64,000 nucleotides of DNA, taken from positions 310,001 through 374,000 of the forward strand of contig NIVC01000977.1 in the NCBI GenBank assembly GCA_002269645.1, in the 5' to 3' direction. Below the pieces are notes generated by a model. The model made no database searches. It was given only the letters and a program-made list of their open reading frames with translations, and was not told the DNA's origin. This DNA comes from Macrostomum lignano. Its lineage: Eukaryota. Shown here piece after piece: positions 60,036 to 64,000 of the stretch (position 1 is its first letter; each line of letters opens with the position of its first letter). Position numbers and translations under genes: made by a program.

Positions 60036-60818
60036 ATGCCAAGGCTGCTACTGTTGCTGTTGCTCCTGACTGCACTTGCAGTGAGTCCTTCAACTCATGC
60101 TGACAACCACACTGAGCAGAAAAACCTGTTTGAGACCGCTTGGCGGCCGCATCTGTTCAGTCTGCAGAGGGACACCAGCAGCAGCAAAAACAAAAACAAT
60201 AATTGCAAATCTTCACCCCAATCCGGCGTCCTCTTCCAGCTGTTGTTGCCTAGCAACGCCGAGCGAATCATTGCGGCCGGCAAAGCTGCCAGTCGATGTC
60301 AACTTCACGAGGCCCGGCTGCCGACTTATCGAGAGGTGTACGCGATGCGAGCGGCCGTGTCGGCTGACAGTCTGGACGATTTGTTCCGAGTGAACGACAC
60401 GATGCTGCAGTTTGTAGCGACCGACCTGGCCGGGTACGCCTTGGCCACGGCTGCTCAGCGATTTCGCCTAATCCAGCTCAGTCCGCTGAGCGATGGCGCT
60501 CTCGCTCGCGTTGGAGTCAACTGCGTCATCTGCCTGCGCGATGTTGACAGCGACGGCAGCGATGGAGGCTGCGATTCAACACCAGCAACTGTCGATGGCA
60601 GCCTAGACGTTGGCAGGACTGTCTATATACTGATCTGCCTACTGTCAGTAGTGAGCTCGGTTCTGGTGGCGCTAATTATTGCCCTACTGTGCGTCAATGT
60701 TTGCCACCTGGTCTGCCGGCGTTCGGCTGTCGCTCTGGGCAACTCCGAGTTGGACGAGCTGGTGGATGCGGAGAAGATCGGGGAGCGACGGCGGCTGGAG
60801 TGCGAAAGCGGATTGTGA
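60036..60818 (+). CDS. Intronless type I membrane protein, 260 aa, possibly with a degenerate C-type-lectin-like ectodomain
   Basis: Signal peptide MPRLLLLLLLLTALAVSPSTHA, ectodomain with CQLHEARLPT and NCVIC, TM TVYILICLLSVVSSVLVALIIALLCV, and a short acidic/basic tail. Confidence 0.75.
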   Translation: MPRLLLLLLLLTALAVSPSTHADNHTEQKNLFETAWRPHLFSLQRDTSSSKNKNNNCKSSPQSGVLFQLLLPSNAERIIAAGKAASRCQLHEARLPTYREVYAMRAAVSADSLDDLFRVNDTMLQFVATDLAGYALATAAQRFRLIQLSPLSDGALARVGVNCVICLRDVDSDGSDGGCDSTPATVDGSLDVGRTVYILICLLSVVSSVLVALIIALLCVNVCHLVCRRSAVALGNSELDELVDAEKIGERRRLECESGL

Positions 60819-60984
60819 GCTGGGTGCGTTTACTCTTTCGAGGATGCGCGTAAATTTAATGTGTAGTGTGGTGGGAATTGTCTGTCAAATAGGGTCTGTC
60901 AGGGGGTGGGGTGTCTATCAGAGTGTCTCCCAGAGAGTTTCTGTCATGGAGTTCCCGTCAAAAATGTCTGCCAAAGACAGACTA

Positions 60985-61372
60985 TCGGAGAGTGTCTGTC
61001 AGAGAGTGTCTCTCAGGGCGTGTCTGTCAGGGCGTGTCTGTCAGAAAGTGTCTGTCAGGGAGTGTCTGTCAGGAAGTGTCTGTCAGGAAGTGTCTGTCAG
61101 GAAGTGTCTGTCAGGAAGTGTCTGTCAGGAAGTGTCTGTCAGGAAGTGTCTGTCAGGAAGTGTCTGTCAGGAAGTGTCTATCAGGAAGTATCTGTCAGGA
61201 AGTGTCTGTCAGGAAGTGTCTGTCAGGAAGTTTCTATCAGGAAGTGTCTGTCAGGAAGTGTCTATCAGGAAGAGTCTGTCAGGAAGTGTCTATCAGGAAG
61301 AGTCTGTCAGGAAGTGTCTATCAGGAAGTGTCTGTCAGGGAGTGTCTGTCAGGAAGTGTCTGTCAGAGTGTC
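60985..61372. repeat. 14-bp minisatellite
   Basis: (aggaagtgtctgtc)n. Confidence 0.93.
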
Positions 61373-63115
61373 ATCAAAATGAGTGTATGTTAGATAACAT
61401 CTGTAAAATATTTGCCAGTCAACTGACAATGAGATGAATTCTTGGCACCAAGTGCCACTTAAATATTAAGTGTTGGAGCGCGTGTCAGAGAAGCATTCTT
61501 GATGGTTTTGTAAAACTGAATATTTATTAATATTGTTCCTTTAATTGTTAATTTCTGTCTTTTCTGGTACAAAACAAATAAATCGTCATTTTAAACAAAT
61601 TTATTTTCGTGAAACACAATGACACCATAGTTTTAGCTGACAATTTTTTAATATTTAATAGTACTTTCTACATGTAGCTGGAAGAAATAGAGATGAAATG
61701 TCAGGTTGTCTTTGCTAGTTTTTTTTCTTCTGCGTATTTTACCCTCTCCATTCGCCAGAGGCGAACTGACATGGAGTTCTTCAAAGATGGAGCCTGAAAC
61801 GGAGAAATTAATAAAATCGCATCTACGTGTGGTGCTGATAAAAAAATGCAATCCAGAATTCTAGATTTTCAGTACTCCACGGCTATTGGGGCACGAATCT
61901 ATTAGCAAAGATAGCTATGGCCCCTGCGCTGCAGGCCAGAAGCAGACGGTCAGACACTGTTTCTGTATACCTAATTTAAGCCCCCGAAGGTAGGGTGGCG
62001 GCGGCGTCTTGACTGCATCGCAGCTACTAATAAATAGCTTCTATCAGTTGCTCGATCTTTGCGTAAATTCAAGAATTCTGTGCGATCAGCTAACCAGTCC
62101 GAAAAAAGACCTGTAGTTTTTATGATTTTGTTTTGCTTGCTAATAAAGTTTACGGTAGAAAATGTCTGCAAAAAACAAAAGTTATCTACGCAATTAAACT
62201 GTCGTTAAACTGACAACTATAGCTAGTAATTTTTGTAATTAACCCGTGCAAAGTCGAGTGAGGGTGGACCATTAAAGGACCATGGCTGATTTCTAGTGGC
62301 ATGCTACCCGAAGGCCACGTCTCTATTAGAATTGAAGCCTTTCGGTTTCGATGGACTCGAATTGTCTTGCAGCAACGGGGTGTCTATACTTCATGGATGT
62401 CGCCTGGTGCAGTGTCGAAAGGGTTCAGAGATCGGGACGGGCTGAAGATCCGTCATCTCGGTACACTTTTGTTGTATTGATTTTTATTGGTGTACTCGAA
62501 TATTCTTCACAGAACTGAATGGATGGTCAAGTTTACAAAACTAACAATAAAAAAATCAATACAATGATTTTTAGAACGAAAATCTTATGTAATAGAAAAC
62601 TATACCATATTGAAACAAAAAAGCCAAAATAAAAAATAGGAATAAAAAAGGAATAAAAAACTACCGTAATACGAGCTAAAACAAAAAACCAATAACTATG
62701 AAAGCTATTACAACAAAAAACTAATAAAATAAAGAAATAACACAACAAAAACCAATAGCTAGCTACATGCATTAAAAGCTGTAAGAAGAGATTCGAGAAT
62801 TATAAAGAGCTTAAATATTAAAATTCGTAAATTAATTTTTTTTCGTTTATTTCAGGTTTTTTAACGATTTGATACTAACCTACACTTCACTTGAGCTTAA
62901 TATTTTCAGATAATCAAAAGAGATTAAGTTAGCTGGAGATTTCGAGCCATTTTTACAAACTTGAATGAGTAAATTTAAGTCAATTGTACTTTAGTTGGAA
63001 AGGACCAGATGGTCTGGAAAGTGGAGCATTCGATAGTTTATGCGTTTAGAACAACCGCCAGCGGTTGACTTAAGCTGGTTCTCTTAAACTGTAAGCTCTA
63101 AATTACGCTAAAATG

Positions 63116-63610
<495 letters not shown>

Positions 63611-64000
63611 TATTGAGAGGCTGGGGCCGGAGGAAATCAAAAATGAATTATAACGCGTCGGGTGAAGTGAAAAGCAGATTAGGAAAGCAGGCAAAGCCGT
63701 GCAGAGAATTGGCTTAATTGCCACCGGTGCTGCTTACAAGGAAGGCATCTTGACCTGGCGTTTGTACTTAAGGAACCCCGCATGCGTTGCAATCCTTTCA
63801 GTTCTGCTGATCATGCAGCTCTATAGTTCTTTGCCGTGGCTAAGCCACAGCCTGCGATTCCATTCCTGTTTTGCTAATCCTCTCACATCCCCCTGCCTGC
63901 CACGGTGAATTCTTCTGCATTCCCATCATGTTCAGCCCAGCGCTTCGACTCAGCTGCCCAAGTCAGCAGTACAAGGATTCCAGCGTTTCTAGGCTGTCCG

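Noticed and set aside
62270-62470. Penelope-like hammerhead (CTGAAGA) or RT YRDDG motif
   Set aside because: No GAAA core partner or stems for a hammerhead, and the YRDDG frame hits a stop within 10 codons.

Overview
Eukaryotic (animal) genomic DNA. GC-rich exons separated by minisatellite-filled introns and TTAGGG repeats resemble a macrostomid flatworm such as Macrostomum (inference only). 1-7075 is a degenerate Maverick/Polinton-derived element with pPolB and probable major-capsid fragments between inverted repeat arms. A full-length but disrupted Ty3/Gypsy (Mag-like) LTR retrotransposon (964-5574, CTGGG TSD) is inserted in its left arm. 12255-28448 (minus) is a complete 15-exon Dicer gene (about 1598 aa) with intact helicase and RNase III catalytic motifs, an apparently collapsed PAZ region and a C-terminal extension. 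Most Dicer introns carry their own tandem repeat, and intron 9 holds two tail-to-tail tRNA-derived SINE-like elements. Downstream are an intronless TAK1-like kinase relic or pseudokinase, an orphan ORF, a 4-exon TTC38 homolog, a 662-bp triplication, a 3-exon brainiac-type GT31 glycosyltransferase, an orphan type I membrane protein and many mini/microsatellites. Gene models were assembled by hand from GT/AG sites and frame continuity. Homology calls rest on recalled family motifs, not database searches.
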